DNA of 64,000 bases from Bacillota bacterium (GTDB lineage: Bacteria; Bacillota; Clostridia; Christensenellales; UMGS416). The notes under the pieces are model-generated. The model saw only the letters and a program-made list of their open reading frames with translations, was not told the DNA's origin and did no database searches. Both the position numbers and the translations under genes were made by a program. Numbering within the stretch: position 1 is the stretch's first letter; the number at the start of each line of letters is the position of its first letter. The stretch is taken from positions 9,514 through 73,513 of the forward strand of contig JAEZSC010000031.1 in NCBI GenBank assembly GCA_023422005.1. The letters are read 5' to 3'. Below, piece after piece: positions 38,407-49,164 of this stretch.

Positions 38407-39696
38407 GTGGATCAGCAGGTGAAGGCAGTGATCGTGGGAGGTGGATGGGCGGGCTGCGCCGCGGCCATCGGCGCCAGAAAAGCAGGCGCGGATGTAGTGC
38501 TGCTGGAGCGGACGGACGCGCTGCTGGGCACCGGCCTGGTGGGAGGAATCATGCGCAACAACGGGCGCTTTACCGCCACGGAGGAAGCCATCGCCATGGG
38601 CGCAGGAGACCTGTTCCACATCACCGACGCCCATTCCCGCCATAGAGGGATCGACTTCCCCGGCCACCGGCACGCCAGCGTCTACGACATCGGCACGACG
38701 CCGGGCGCGGTCACGCGCCACATGCGTGAGCAAGGCGTGGACGTGCATCTGAGCGCCCGCGTGTCAAAGGCGAAGCTGGCCGGCAAAACCATCTTGAGCG
38801 TGGAAGCCGACGACGGGCGCATCTATGAAGGCGATGTATTCCTGGACACCACGGGGACCGCAGGGCCCATGAGCAACTGCCAAAAATACGGCAACGGCTG
38901 CGCCATGTGCGTGCTGCGCTGCCCTTCTTTCGGCGGGCGCCAGAGCCTGGCTGCGCTTGCGGGCGTGCAAGAGGTGCAGGGCCGGAAGGCCTCCGGCGAG
39001 GTGGGCGCCATGAGCGGCTCCTGCAAGCTGTACAAGGAATCCCTCTCGCGGAAAATCATAGAAACCTTGAACGAAAAGGGCGTTGCGATCATATCTATCC
39101 CCAAGAGCCTTGTGGAAGACCACCTGGACATCAAGGCCTGCCAGCAATACGCGCTGGCGGAATTTAAGAAGAACATCATACTGCTGGACACCGGACATGC
39201 CAAGCTTATGAGCCCGTTCTTCGACCTGCAAAAGCTGCAGCAGATCCCCGGATTCGAAAACGCGCGGTACGAGGACCCCTACGCGGGTGGTAAGGGCAAC
39301 TCGATGCGTTTTTTCGCAATGGCGCCGCGGGATGATTCGCTGAAGGTGGAGGGTGTGAGCAATCTGTTCTGCGCGGGCGAGAAGGCCGGCCTGCTGGTGG
39401 GCCACACCGAGGCCATCGTGACCGGCACACTGGCCGGTGCCAACGCCGTTCGCCTGGCTCAAAGCGAGGATTTGCTTGTGCTGCCCCGCACGCTGGCCAT
39501 CGGCGAGGCCATCGCCTATGTGCGCGAACAAATGCAGACGGAGAATGGCCTGGGGCTCAAATATACGTTCTCCGGCTCGGTGCTGTTTGAGCGCATGAAG
39601 AAGCTGGGGCTTTACACCACGGATGTTGCAGTGATCCGCAGGCGCGTGGAGGCCGCCGGGCTCACCGACGTGTTCGCCAGAATGGCTTTGGTCTGA
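38407..39696 (+). CDS. FAD-dependent oxidoreductase
   Basis: Dinucleotide-binding motif VIVGGGWAGCAAA plus an internal Cys cluster (CAMCVLRC). A GTG at 38419 is an alternative start. Confidence 0.7.
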   Translation: MDQQVKAVIVGGGWAGCAAAIGARKAGADVVLLERTDALLGTGLVGGIMRNNGRFTATEEAIAMGAGDLFHITDAHSRHRGIDFPGHRHASVYDIGTTPGAVTRHMREQGVDVHLSARVSKAKLAGKTILSVEADDGRIYEGDVFLDTTGTAGPMSNCQKYGNGCAMCVLRCPSFGGRQSLAALAGVQEVQGRKASGEVGAMSGSCKLYKESLSRKIIETLNEKGVAIISIPKSLVEDHLDIKACQQYALAEFKKNIILLDTGHAKLMSPFFDLQKLQQIPGFENARYEDPYAGGKGNSMRFFAMAPRDDSLKVEGVSNLFCAGEKAGLLVGHTEAIVTGTLAGANAVRLAQSEDLLVLPRTLAIGEAIAYVREQMQTENGLGLKYTFSGSVLFERMKKLGLYTTDVAVIRRRVEAAGLTDVFARMALV

Positions 39697-39774
39697 GGCG
39701 GCCGGCAGCGCACCGGGAGGGTGGATCGGCGCGCTAAGATGTCGCTTCGAAACGATTATCTGGGGGAGAGGAAA

Positions 39775-41214
39775 ATGGAAAATACGGTTACACTCGGATT
39801 GTTACACTATGTCTACCTCATCATGACAGTTCTCATCATCGCCATCCTCCTTATGAAAAAGGAGATCGTGCTGCCGTGCATCATCGGCATTTTCCTGATG
39901 GGGCTGGCCGCGACCGGCGGCAACGTCGTCAGCGCCATTCAGGTGCTGTACAACTCGCTGGTCAGCTCCGGCACCGAATTTCTAGGCATCATCGCCGTCA
40001 TCGCCATTGTCGTGGCGATGTCTAAGGGTCTCACGAGCATCGGCGCTGATGAGCTGATGGTCACGCCGCTGAAGAAGATCGTCAAGAACAAGCAGATCGC
40101 GTTTTTCGTCGTGGGCGCCGTGATGCTGGTGGTCTCCTGGTTCGTGTGGCCCTCCCCCGCCGTGGCGCTGGTGGGCGCGCTGATGCTGCCCATCGCCCTC
40201 AAAGCGGGGCTTCCGAACATTTGGTGCGCGGTCGCGATGAACATCTTCGGCCACGGCATCGGTCTTTCTGGCGACTTCGTCATCCAGGGCGCGCCGGGCA
40301 TCACGGCAAAAGCGGCCGGCCTGGACACGGGCAGCGTGGTGCTGGCCAGCGTCCCGCTGTGGGCCACGATGTCCGTCGTCACGATCATCGTCTGCTGGGT
40401 CATGTTCCTGCGGGAGAACAAGCGGGCCGCGCAGACGGCCGCCCTCTCCCAAGCGGAAGCCATCGCCACAGGCGAGGGCGATGGAGACGGCCCAGTTCCC
40501 GAACCCGAAAAGCCCCTGGCCGGCGCCAAGCGCGCGCACTCCCCCTTTGCGTACATCATGGCCGTACTGACCCCCGCACTGTTCGCTCTGGATGTCGTGC
40601 TGATGCTGATATTCAACCTGAAGGGCGGCGACGCTACGGCGCTGGTCGGCGGCACGGCCATTCTGGTGCTCACACTGATCACGATCTTCCGCGGCAACTT
40701 CTTCGCCTCGCTGGAGGTCATCGCCGACAACTTCAAGGATGGGTTCCAGTTCGCAGTCAAGATTTTTGCGCCGGTCATCGTGATCGCCGGATTCTTCTTT
40801 CTGGGCAGCGGCGAGATGGCGGCAAAGGTGCTGGGCGAAGGTACTCCCAGCATCCTCAACGATTTCGGCCTGTTCCTCTCACAGCGCGTGCATCTGGGCG
40901 GCGGCCTGGTCGCGGTCGTACAATCTCTGGTGGGCATCGTGACCGGCCTGGATGGCTCCGGCTTCTCCGGCCTGCCGCTGCTGGGTTCGCTGGCGCAAAC
41001 CTTCTCCGCAGCCACCGGCGCCAACCCGGCCACGCTGGCGGCGCTGGGACAGATTACGACGGTCTGGGTGGACGGTGGCACGATCATCCCGTGGGCGGTC
41101 ATCCCAGTTGCGGCCATCTGCAACGTGAAAGCCGGCGACCTTGCCCGCAAGAACCTGATCCCTGTGGCATGCGGCCTTGCGGCCACGCTGGTCGTTGCGA
41201 TCTTCCTCGTCTGA
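39775..41214 (+). CDS. Polytopic membrane permease (ion-transporter-superfamily-like), substrate unknown
   Basis: ~12 hydrophobic segments. ATG at 39775 follows GGGGGAGAGG. The family was not confidently recognised. Confidence 0.55.
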   Translation: MENTVTLGLLHYVYLIMTVLIIAILLMKKEIVLPCIIGIFLMGLAATGGNVVSAIQVLYNSLVSSGTEFLGIIAVIAIVVAMSKGLTSIGADELMVTPLKKIVKNKQIAFFVVGAVMLVVSWFVWPSPAVALVGALMLPIALKAGLPNIWCAVAMNIFGHGIGLSGDFVIQGAPGITAKAAGLDTGSVVLASVPLWATMSVVTIIVCWVMFLRENKRAAQTAALSQAEAIATGEGDGDGPVPEPEKPLAGAKRAHSPFAYIMAVLTPALFALDVVLMLIFNLKGGDATALVGGTAILVLTLITIFRGNFFASLEVIADNFKDGFQFAVKIFAPVIVIAGFFFLGSGEMAAKVLGEGTPSILNDFGLFLSQRVHLGGGLVAVVQSLVGIVTGLDGSGFSGLPLLGSLAQTFSAATGANPATLAALGQITTVWVDGGTIIPWAVIPVAAICNVKAGDLARKNLIPVACGLAATLVVAIFLV

Positions 41215-41245
41215 AGCCGATTAAGCCTGCTGGAACAAAACAGCG

Positions 41246-41280
41246 CCGCGCGCCCGCCGGTCCATCCGCGGGCGCGCGCA
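41246..41280. terminator. GC-rich hairpin between convergent genes
   Basis: CGCGCGCCCGC ... GCGGGCGCGCG stem of ~10 bp. Confidence 0.45.
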
Positions 41281-41326
41281 CTTTCTCACCTGTTCATCAT
41301 CGATTGCTGCTCTCCACGAGGCCCCT

Positions 41327-41986
41327 TCAGAAGGGAAACCACCTCAAAAGCTCTGCCGCCACCAGTTCATGGCCGCTCCTGTTGGGGTGGTTCACCCAAG
41401 ACATCAGATCGATCACATCCGCTCCATCGGCATACCGCCGGAAGGAGGAGAGAGCATCCGCAAGCCCGACCTGATGCTCCCGGGCAAGCAGGCGGATTTG
41501 CCTGGCATGCCCTTCAAGCTCACCGTCCGCTTTGTCCCTAGAGGCCGAATATTCATGAACGTCCAGCGTTGGGGTAAGTAGAATGACTTTGCAGCCGTGG
41601 GAAAGCGCTTGCTCCACCATACTGCTCCAGGCCACATAAGCCCTTTGCAGCCCGATACGCCGGTCATTGAGGCCATAATCGATGGTGATGATGTCGGGAT
41701 TGTGGTTGAGCACATCCTGCTCAAACCTTGCCGCGCCGGATTCGGAGTCTTCCCCGCCGATTGCGGTCACGATCACATTGATGACGGCAAATGGGAAGCG
41801 TTCTTTCAACCCTCTGTGCAGAAGATGAGGATAGGCATGGAACGTGTCCACCATCGGCGTGGCGAAATAGCCTGCCGGAACGCTGTGACCGTGGCACACG
41901 ATGTTGACCGTCCGGTTGTCCGGCCATTGTTTGTTCAGCAGATGAACGGTGTCTTGCAAATACAGGCTTTTATCGGCCATGCTCAT
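41327..41986 (-). CDS. SGNH/GDSL-family hydrolase
   Basis: Block I (IVCHGHSV), block III (DYGLND) and a C-terminal H-containing block (NHPNRSGHE). AAGGAG RBS. Confidence 0.7.
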   Translation of the reverse strand: MSMADKSLYLQDTVHLLNKQWPDNRTVNIVCHGHSVPAGYFATPMVDTFHAYPHLLHRGLKERFPFAVINVIVTAIGGEDSESGAARFEQDVLNHNPDIITIDYGLNDRRIGLQRAYVAWSSMVEQALSHGCKVILLTPTLDVHEYSASRDKADGELEGHARQIRLLAREHQVGLADALSSFRRYADGADVIDLMSWVNHPNRSGHELVAAELLRWFPF

Positions 41987-42058
41987 ATGCGTCTCCTTGC
42001 GCTGTACGACAGCAGGCTAGAACTTGCCCTCCAGCAGCTGCTGAAGGTGCGTCGAAAA

Positions 42059-43189
42059 TTATCCCCCAAACACCTTCCTCATCCTGTCACAGTAATACGG
42101 CACGTTTTCCCATTTCGCGTCCGGCGCAAAGCGGAGGTCGGGGCATGGAATGAATCCGCCCAGCTCCACCAACGGCCGCAGGCGTTCGATTTCCTGATCC
42201 ACCGCCACGTAGTCATGGGCGAACACCCGCTTGTCCATGCCGCCCACGCCGCGGATCACCCTGCCGTATTTCTCCCGCCACGGGCCGATGCTGCCACCCC
42301 AGGTGCCCACCTCGATGGGGAACATCGTGTTCACGCCGTTGTCCAGCCATACGGGGATCAACGCGTCGATCCACCCATCGCAGTCCAGCGACACGATGGA
42401 AATGCCGTGGGCGTTCAGCAAGCCGCAGATGCGCCCGTAATGGGGTCCGGCATACTCCCGGAACACACCGGGCGCAATCAGCGGACCGTTCTTAAAACAA
42501 ATATCCTCCCAAAAGTGCCCAAAATCAAACCGCGCGCCGGATTTCAGCACCCGCTCGGTCACCTGGTAGCATAAGGTTCCGACCGTGTCGATGATCTCGC
42601 GGAACAGTGGCTCGTCGTCGATATACAGGTAGCTTAAGTTCACGACACCCAGCCAGTTGCGAACCTGCCCCAGCAGGCTTTTGCAATAAAGACCGAGTGG
42701 ATAATCCCGGTTTGCGCTTTGCTCCGCGATCCGCTTAAGCGCTGCGTCGTCGAAGCGCGTCTGGGTATACTGCAGCCTGGGCAGATAGTGCTCCTCCCAG
42801 GATTTCCTGTCCACCAGCGTGTGACCGACCTCAGCATGGATGGAGCCCGCGTCCGGCCGGTTGATCACCAACGCCCCGTCGCTGTTGCGCACAACCTGCG
42901 AACCGTCCGGCCTCTCCTCGACGATTTGCTCCTCAAAGGCCGGAAACAGCGACGAAAACCCCGAAAGGTCCTGGTAGGTGTTGTAATAGTTGAAGTCAAA
43001 GCCCAGACGCGCGGACACGGCCGTCTCCTCCGGGCTGCCGTCGGAGATACCCGCGCGCTCCTGCGCGGTGATGTGCCCCTGGGCACACCATTTGTCCAGC
43101 GTATCCGTCCAGTAGCTGAAGTGCACGACGGGCAGGCGGTCATAACACTGATAGTTCATGATCGCATGGAAACGTTCACGGTTATTCAT
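42059..43189 (-). CDS. Uroporphyrinogen decarboxylase (URO-D)-family protein
   Basis: Size and TIM-barrel-like pattern of URO-D/MtaA-like proteins; recognition is moderate. ATG at 43189 follows AGGAGAGAG. Confidence 0.45.
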   Translation of the reverse strand: MNNRERFHAIMNYQCYDRLPVVHFSYWTDTLDKWCAQGHITAQERAGISDGSPEETAVSARLGFDFNYYNTYQDLSGFSSLFPAFEEQIVEERPDGSQVVRNSDGALVINRPDAGSIHAEVGHTLVDRKSWEEHYLPRLQYTQTRFDDAALKRIAEQSANRDYPLGLYCKSLLGQVRNWLGVVNLSYLYIDDEPLFREIIDTVGTLCYQVTERVLKSGARFDFGHFWEDICFKNGPLIAPGVFREYAGPHYGRICGLLNAHGISIVSLDCDGWIDALIPVWLDNGVNTMFPIEVGTWGGSIGPWREKYGRVIRGVGGMDKRVFAHDYVAVDQEIERLRPLVELGGFIPCPDLRFAPDAKWENVPYYCDRMRKVFGG

Positions 43190-43404
43190 GTGTATCTCTC
43201 TCCTGAATATGGACTGCACAAACACTGTTGTCCAACTGAAAATTCCACGATAGACGCAATAAACCCTGCTTGCATTCGCCTGAAACATACAAAATGTGAA
43301 AAGATGCGGCCAGGTCTCATTGTGACCGTATGCATGGAAGCGAGGCGCGATCGGTTGTATAATAAATTATCATACATAAGCCAGCCCATGAAAGGATGAG
43401 CGCC

Positions 43405-43806
43405 ATGGACAACAACGCGACCCCTGCCACCATCGACGAGTACATCGCCCAGTTCTCCCAGGAAATCCAGGCCGTGCTGCAGCAGACCCGTTCCGTCATC
43501 CGCGCCGCCGCGCCTGACGCCCTGGAGAAGATCAGCTGGGGTATGCCGACCTATGCGCTGCACGGCAACGTGATCCACTTTGCCGCCCAAAAAAACCATC
43601 TGGGCATCTACCCGGGCTCGAGCGGCATGGAACGCTTCGCACCGGACTTTACAGGTTACAAAACATCAAAGGGAGCGGTGCAGTTCCCGTATACCCAGCC
43701 CATACCCTACGACCTGATCGGGCGCATCGCCGCCTTCCGGGTGCAGGAGAACCGCGATGAGGCGCAGGCCAAGGCCGAAGCAAAAGCGGCAGCCAAAAAG
43801 AAGTAA
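43405..43806 (+). CDS. DUF1801 (YdhG-like) domain protein
   Basis: IDEYIAQF...ISWGMPTY...HFAAQKNHLGIYP...KGAVQFPY pattern, with a Lys/Ala-rich tail. Confidence 0.7.
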   Translation: MDNNATPATIDEYIAQFSQEIQAVLQQTRSVIRAAAPDALEKISWGMPTYALHGNVIHFAAQKNHLGIYPGSSGMERFAPDFTGYKTSKGAVQFPYTQPIPYDLIGRIAAFRVQENRDEAQAKAEAKAAAKKK

Positions 43807-43820
43807 CCAGTTATAAATAA

Positions 43821-43855
43821 CAGCCCGCCGGCAGTACCGGCGGGCTGTTTGTGTT
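43821..43855. terminator. Bidirectional terminator hairpin
   Basis: CAGCCCGCCGG-loop-CCGGCGGGCTG followed by TTTGTGTT. Confidence 0.7.
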
Positions 43856-43863
43856 CATATGGG

Positions 43864-46398
43864 TCATTCTTTGCCGCCGCCGTGTACAATGCGGTAATAG
43901 GCGTAGGGCTGACCGTGGTCCATGCGCAGCGCCACGATGTTGTCACCGCTTATGATGAAGTCACCGGCTGCATCCTTCTCCTTGTGATATTGAGGGCCAT
44001 TGCCGTCTATGCGCAGGCCGTATTGCACACAGGTGCTGTTGAGCACGACCAGCTTGCGGCTCTTGGGGTGGGCGTAGAGCTCCATGGCGTCCACGGTGGC
44101 GGTCTCACGGCCAAAGGGCCACAGCGCCCGCCGGGCGCGGTTACGCCGGAAGCTTAGGCGCTGGGCGCCCTGCATGTCGGGCTGGTCGCTCTTCCACACC
44201 TCCAGGTGTAGCGACAGACGTGGCTTTCGGTTCAACAGCACGAGATAGACGGCCACAACAATTAGCGCCAGAAGCGCAACAGCAGGGGGCACAAACTTGC
44301 GCCAGTCATCCTGTATGTCCACCACCACTTCGCCGGACACCGTCTCGCCGGGCTTGCCGGTGCCGGCGCTGAGCACCACTACCTGGCGGCCCACCGGCAG
44401 CAGGAAGGGCAGCGCGCCGGTGCGCAGTGTGAAGCGCTGTGCCTGCGGTTCCTGCACCACACCCAAACCCCTGGGCGCCGATATGCGGAAATCCTTGAGC
44501 GACGCTGTGGGAAGCTTCTGCCACACGCCGTCCTGCTCGACGGAGAGCGTCCACTCTACAGGAGCCAAGCCCTGCATGCCGTGCAACACCGAGAAAGAGA
44601 GCGCTGCGGGCTGCACCTCCAGCTTGAGCTTGCGGGCAACCGGCTGCAGGTTGATCTGCGCTCGCTGGCCGTTTTCCATCTGCAGCTTCAGCGCCATCGG
44701 TGCGGACGCAAAGTCTCCGTTGACCCATAATGACAGTACCAGCGGCTGACCCTGGGCGAAGGTCAGCACCGGCCGGCCGGCGTCCAGCGGCGTTCCGTCC
44801 GCGCGCAACTGCAACCCTGGGGGCAGCTGCCCGTCCCAATCGGCTGCCAGCTCGCCGGATCGATCGGCGTTCAGCGTAAAGGCCGCTATTTGGTGATACT
44901 CGGCCTCGGATGTATAGGGAAAACCAACGGAAGCCGCGGAGACCGCCTGAAGGCTGGACTCCTCCACGATGGGCAGATTGGCAGGTACGGGAGCGGCGGA
45001 AGACTGCGCACCGGCGGTGCCCCCAGGTGTGGCCGACGCCGCCGGCTGCGGCGACATCAGCGCGGCAACCTGCACGTTCAGCGGCGGCAGCGCCATCTGG
45101 AAGTTGCCTTGATCGGTCAGCGTGAGCGACAGCGGACCCTCGCCCGCCTGCTCCGCCCGCAGCGTGAACCGCCCGGCAGCAGCTTCACCAAGCTGGCAGG
45201 GCCCCTGCGTCAGTTCCACACGCACCCGTTCACCCACAGCCATGGTCTGTCCGTCGGATCCCACGAAGCGTGCCTCGCCTGTCAGAACGGCGCCTTGGTC
45301 CATCCCCAGCGCCTGGGGGTTCCATTGGCCGCCGGCATATTGGGCCACCTGCGTTCCATCCTCATCGCGCAGCGTTACGGTGGCTGACAGGTTGACCATC
45401 GGGAACGCGAGCAGTTCGCCGGCAAACTGAATGCGATAGGAACCGGGCTTGATGTCACCCTGAGCGGCGCGCACGCGGTAATACACGGCAGCAGGCCCGT
45501 CCTTGAGCGTCGTGCTGGCGCTGTACAGCCGTTCCACGGTCAGCTTGTCACCGTCAGTCCCGGTCACGGCGCTAACGCCGCCCTGGCCGTCGGCACCCAA
45601 CTGCGCCATCAGCAACAGACTGGTCAGCGGATATTGGGCGGTGAAGGCGCCGTCGGTGCCGATCTGCAGCCGCGAGGTTTGGGCCATGAGGTCGGCCAGG
45701 TCGCGCATCGTGGCAACTATAGCCTCCCCCGCGCCGGCCTGATCGCTGATGTCGGCGGTGAACACGTTGACTGCCATGCCTGTGCGCTGCAGCGCCGCCT
45801 GCATTTGCTGCACCGGCGGCAGCGCCTGACCCCGGCCGATGGAAAAGAGCAGCGCCCGGCTGCGTCCGACGAAATCCTTTATGCCGCTGTCCCGCACATA
45901 TCCGTCGAACACGGCGTCCATGCGGTCGGTGATCTCGGCCCGTTGCCCATCGAACATACGGTCGCCGTCGGTCATCAGCACGAACATGAACTCGCCATCG
46001 GGGTGCTCCCGCAGCCACTTGCCACCGCTGCGCAGGGCTGCGTCCATGGCGGTGGAATAGGTCAGGTTTTCCCAGTTGTTGGTGGTGGCGCGCTTGAGCG
46101 ACTGGCGCAAATTCTCCTTGCGCTCCACGGCGAAGGGATGGGCGCCCTGATCGCTCATCAAAAAGACTTCAGCGCGGTCGGAATCGTCCATCAGCGCGGC
46201 GAAGTTCTGCAGGGCGTAATTGGCATATAGATAATTGGTGTATACGTCCTTGTGGCTGCCATCAAAGCGCATGCTGCCCGAATCGTCATACACGATGGCG
46301 ATGTAACGCTCGGGCCCCTGAGCCCGGGCGGGCAGCCTGAAGGCCGACAAACCCGCCAGCAGACCCGCCGCCAACACCGCGCACAACAGCTTTTTCAC
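43864..46398 (-). CDS. vWA-domain surface protein with a C-terminal TM and a cytoplasmic tail domain
   Basis: Signal peptide; MIDAS-like DDSGSM at the start of a vWA fold; long repetitive beta-rich middle; TM segment (VALLALIVVAVYLVLL); ~130-aa cytoplasmic C-terminus. Confidence 0.75.
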   Translation of the reverse strand: MKKLLCAVLAAGLLAGLSAFRLPARAQGPERYIAIVYDDSGSMRFDGSHKDVYTNYLYANYALQNFAALMDDSDRAEVFLMSDQGAHPFAVERKENLRQSLKRATTNNWENLTYSTAMDAALRSGGKWLREHPDGEFMFVLMTDGDRMFDGQRAEITDRMDAVFDGYVRDSGIKDFVGRSRALLFSIGRGQALPPVQQMQAALQRTGMAVNVFTADISDQAGAGEAIVATMRDLADLMAQTSRLQIGTDGAFTAQYPLTSLLLMAQLGADGQGGVSAVTGTDGDKLTVERLYSASTTLKDGPAAVYYRVRAAQGDIKPGSYRIQFAGELLAFPMVNLSATVTLRDEDGTQVAQYAGGQWNPQALGMDQGAVLTGEARFVGSDGQTMAVGERVRVELTQGPCQLGEAAAGRFTLRAEQAGEGPLSLTLTDQGNFQMALPPLNVQVAALMSPQPAASATPGGTAGAQSSAAPVPANLPIVEESSLQAVSAASVGFPYTSEAEYHQIAAFTLNADRSGELAADWDGQLPPGLQLRADGTPLDAGRPVLTFAQGQPLVLSLWVNGDFASAPMALKLQMENGQRAQINLQPVARKLKLEVQPAALSFSVLHGMQGLAPVEWTLSVEQDGVWQKLPTASLKDFRISAPRGLGVVQEPQAQRFTLRTGALPFLLPVGRQVVVLSAGTGKPGETVSGEVVVDIQDDWRKFVPPAVALLALIVVAVYLVLLNRKPRLSLHLEVWKSDQPDMQGAQRLSFRRNRARRALWPFGRETATVDAMELYAHPKSRKLVVLNSTCVQYGLRIDGNGPQYHKEKDAAGDFIISGDNIVALRMDHGQPYAYYRIVHGGGKE

Positions 46399-46513
46399 GA
46401 TGACACCACCACCCCCGAAGACTGTGTCGAATTAACATGAATATATACCCAACGACACGTCTATGGCAATATTGGATATACCGATGCATCGGCTATTATA
46501 GTCAATAAACCCT

Positions 46514-48976
46514 TCAATTGGCCGTCATGGTGACCCTGGTGATGTCGTCATCCATCATCACGAGCACCGTCTGCTTGCCCGTGGACGCCAGGCTCTCCAA
46601 CGACAGCGCGCCGGTGTTCACGGTGGTCTCCCCGCTGCGAGCCTGGGTGATTTGCAGATCCATTGGCGCGCCGGCAGCCAGGCGCACCGCCGCCGTAAGG
46701 CGGGTGCCGCCGCCCTTCTTTGTAAAGCTGACAGCCTTGACGCCCTTGCTGGCGCGGCCCAGGCTGGGCAGGTCCATGGCGAAGATGCGCTTGCCGAAGC
46801 CCTTGTCGGTCAGCAGCGCGATCTCATCCAGCGGCTGGAACGGGAAAGCCGCGAGCACCAGGTCGCCGTCGCCCAGCGAGATGGCCTTGACGCCCTTGGC
46901 AGCGCGGCCGATGGGCTCCACGGTAGCCAGCTTGAAGGAAAACGCCAAGCCGTCGCGGGTAATGACGGCGGCGCTGACATCGGCGTCTTCGGCCAGATGC
47001 TCCACGGTCAGCACGCTGTCGCCATCCTTTAAGCCGCAGGCGACAATGCGGCGGGTGCGGGCCTCATATTCACCGGCGGCGGTCTTCTTGACCAGGCCGC
47101 TCTCGGTGAAGAACACGAAGTGCCCGGTGGGCAGCTTGTCCCAAACCCACAGCGCCACCAGGCGCTCCTCCTTGCCATAGCCGTGCACCAGGGCGCTCAA
47201 GTGCTCTCCGCGGTCGCGCCAGCGCATGTCCGGCAGGTCGGCTACGGAGAGGTGCACCATGGAACCGGCGTCGGTGAAGGCGAACACCTTCTGCGCCGTG
47301 GTGCCGGTGGTCACGAATTTTACGTAGTCCTGGGCGCTCAGGCCGTCCGGCGGCGCGGCGCGGTTGCTGCGGCCATAGGCATTGGGCTGTATGCGCTTGA
47401 TATAGCCGTCGGCGGTGGCCACGACGACGGTCTCCTCCACGACGACGAAATCCTCGGCCTTGAACTCCTTGACAGCTTCTGCGTGCACGAGCACCGTTCG
47501 CCTGGGGTCAGCGTAATTTTTCTTGATCTCCAGCAGTTCGCGCTTGATGACGTTCATCAGCTTCTTGTTGCTGGCCAGTATGCTCTTGAGCTCGGCGATC
47601 AGCTTGCGCACCTCGTCCAGCTCTTCCTTTAGCTTGAGCACCTCCAAGTTCGTGAGCCTCGCCAGGCGCATATCCAGAATGGCCTGAGCTTGCACGCCGG
47701 TCAGCTCGAAGCGGCGCATCAGGTTCTGCTTGGCGTCGGGCACCGATTTGCTCTGGCGGATGATGCGCACAACCTCGTCGATGTTGGCCACGGCAATCAG
47801 CAGGCCTTCCAGAATGTGCTCGCGCTCTTCGGCCTTCTCCAGATCATAGCGGGTGCGGCGCAGCACCACGTCCTGCTGGTGGCGGATGTAGTATTCGTTG
47901 ATGCGCTTGAGGCCTAGGAGCATGGGCTTGCCGTCGGCGATGGCCACCATGTTCACGTTGTAGTTGACCTGCAGATCCGAGTACTTGTAGAGATACTCCA
48001 GGATCTTCTCTGCGTCGGTGTCCTTCTTGAGCTCGATGACAGCACGCATGCCATTGCGGTCGCTCTCGTCGCGGATGTCGCTGATGCCGCCAAGGATGCT
48101 CTTCTGCGCCTCCTGCAGGGCCAGAATTTTCTCCAGCATGTTGGCCTTGTTGACCTGATAGGGCAGCTCGGTGATGACGATGGCCTGCTTGCCGGCGTTC
48201 AGGCGCTCTATCTCGGTCTTGGCGCGGATGACGACCTTGCCGCGGCCGGTCTCATAGGCCTGACGGATGCCGTCGGTGCCAATGATGGAGCCGCCGGTCG
48301 GGAAATCCGGGCCTTTCAGATGCGTCATGAGGCCATCCAGCGTGATGTCGGGGTTGTCGATCTGGGCCACCACGCAATCGATGGCCTCGCCCAGGTTATG
48401 GGTCGGTATGTTGGTGGCCAGGCCCACGGCGATGCCCATGGCCCCGTTGACCAGCAGGTTCGGATAGCGGCCGGGCAGCATGTCCGGCTCCTTCATCGTG
48501 TCGTCGAAGTTGAAGGAGAAGCTCACGGTATCCTTGTCGATATCCCGCAGCAGCTCCAGCGCCAGCGGGGCCATACGGGCCTCGGTATAGCGCATGGCGG
48601 CGGCGTTGTCACCATCCACGGAGCCGTAGTTGCCGTGGCCATCCACCAGCAGGCCCCGCATGTTGAAGCCCTGGGCCATGCGCACCATGGCCTCGTAGAT
48701 CGAGGAATCGCCGTGGGGGTGGTATTTACCCATGGTATCGCCGACGATACGGGCGGACTTGCGGTGAGGCTTGTCCGGCGTCACACCCAGTTCCATCATC
48801 GTATACAGTATGCGCCGCTGCACGGGTTTGAGGCCGTCCTCCACCCGGGGCAGGGCGCGGTCCAGTATGACCGTCTCGGCGTAGGGCATCATCGAATGGT
48901 GGATGACGTCCTCAAAGGCCTGCTCGATGATTTCTTCGCCGCGAGGCGGTTGCTTGTCGTCGGGTTTTTTGGGCAT
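46514..48976 (-). CDS. parC: Type IIA topoisomerase subunit A, ParC-like
   Basis: Catalytic region [10 protein letters not shown] and [15 protein letters not shown] (Q as in ParC rather than the H of GyrA) and PNFDDT-like [10 protein letters not shown]. No QRRGGKG GyrA box seen in the C-terminal domain. Confidence 0.7.
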   Translation of the reverse strand: MPKKPDDKQPPRGEEIIEQAFEDVIHHSMMPYAETVILDRALPRVEDGLKPVQRRILYTMMELGVTPDKPHRKSARIVGDTMGKYHPHGDSSIYEAMVRMAQGFNMRGLLVDGHGNYGSVDGDNAAAMRYTEARMAPLALELLRDIDKDTVSFSFNFDDTMKEPDMLPGRYPNLLVNGAMGIAVGLATNIPTHNLGEAIDCVVAQIDNPDITLDGLMTHLKGPDFPTGGSIIGTDGIRQAYETGRGKVVIRAKTEIERLNAGKQAIVITELPYQVNKANMLEKILALQEAQKSILGGISDIRDESDRNGMRAVIELKKDTDAEKILEYLYKYSDLQVNYNVNMVAIADGKPMLLGLKRINEYYIRHQQDVVLRRTRYDLEKAEEREHILEGLLIAVANIDEVVRIIRQSKSVPDAKQNLMRRFELTGVQAQAILDMRLARLTNLEVLKLKEELDEVRKLIAELKSILASNKKLMNVIKRELLEIKKNYADPRRTVLVHAEAVKEFKAEDFVVVEETVVVATADGYIKRIQPNAYGRSNRAAPPDGLSAQDYVKFVTTGTTAQKVFAFTDAGSMVHLSVADLPDMRWRDRGEHLSALVHGYGKEERLVALWVWDKLPTGHFVFFTESGLVKKTAAGEYEARTRRIVACGLKDGDSVLTVEHLAEDADVSAAVITRDGLAFSFKLATVEPIGRAAKGVKAISLGDGDLVLAAFPFQPLDEIALLTDKGFGKRIFAMDLPSLGRASKGVKAVSFTKKGGGTRLTAAVRLAAGAPMDLQITQARSGETTVNTGALSLESLASTGKQTVLVMMDDDITRVTMTAN

Positions 48977-49017
48977 GGTTCCCCTCTCCCTTTACAATCA
49001 TCATTTAGAGTGGAAGG

Positions 49018-49080
49018 ATTTCGCGCCCTCGGGCGCGACCAAAGGGCTTTCCGATCGCCCTTTGGAAACCTTCGGCCCCA
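49018..49080. repeat. 63-nt double-hairpin intergenic repeat, copy B
   Basis: ATTTCGCGCCCTCGGGCGCGACCAAAGGGCTTTCCGATCGCCCTTTGGAAACCTTCGGCCCCA, between the parE stop and the parC start. Same orientation as copy A. Confidence 0.8.
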
Positions 49081-49164
49081 ATATGATGAATCATTATGTC
49101 AGTATGCGACGCGACAACTCCGTTGAGTGTTAGGACCGAAAAGCCCCGGCAACGGAGTGATTAT

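Noticed and set aside
46440-46513. CCGATGCATCGG palindrome downstream of parC as a terminator.
   Set aside because: It is a 6-bp self-complementary sequence with no loop and no U-tract. It may simply be a restriction-site-like palindrome.
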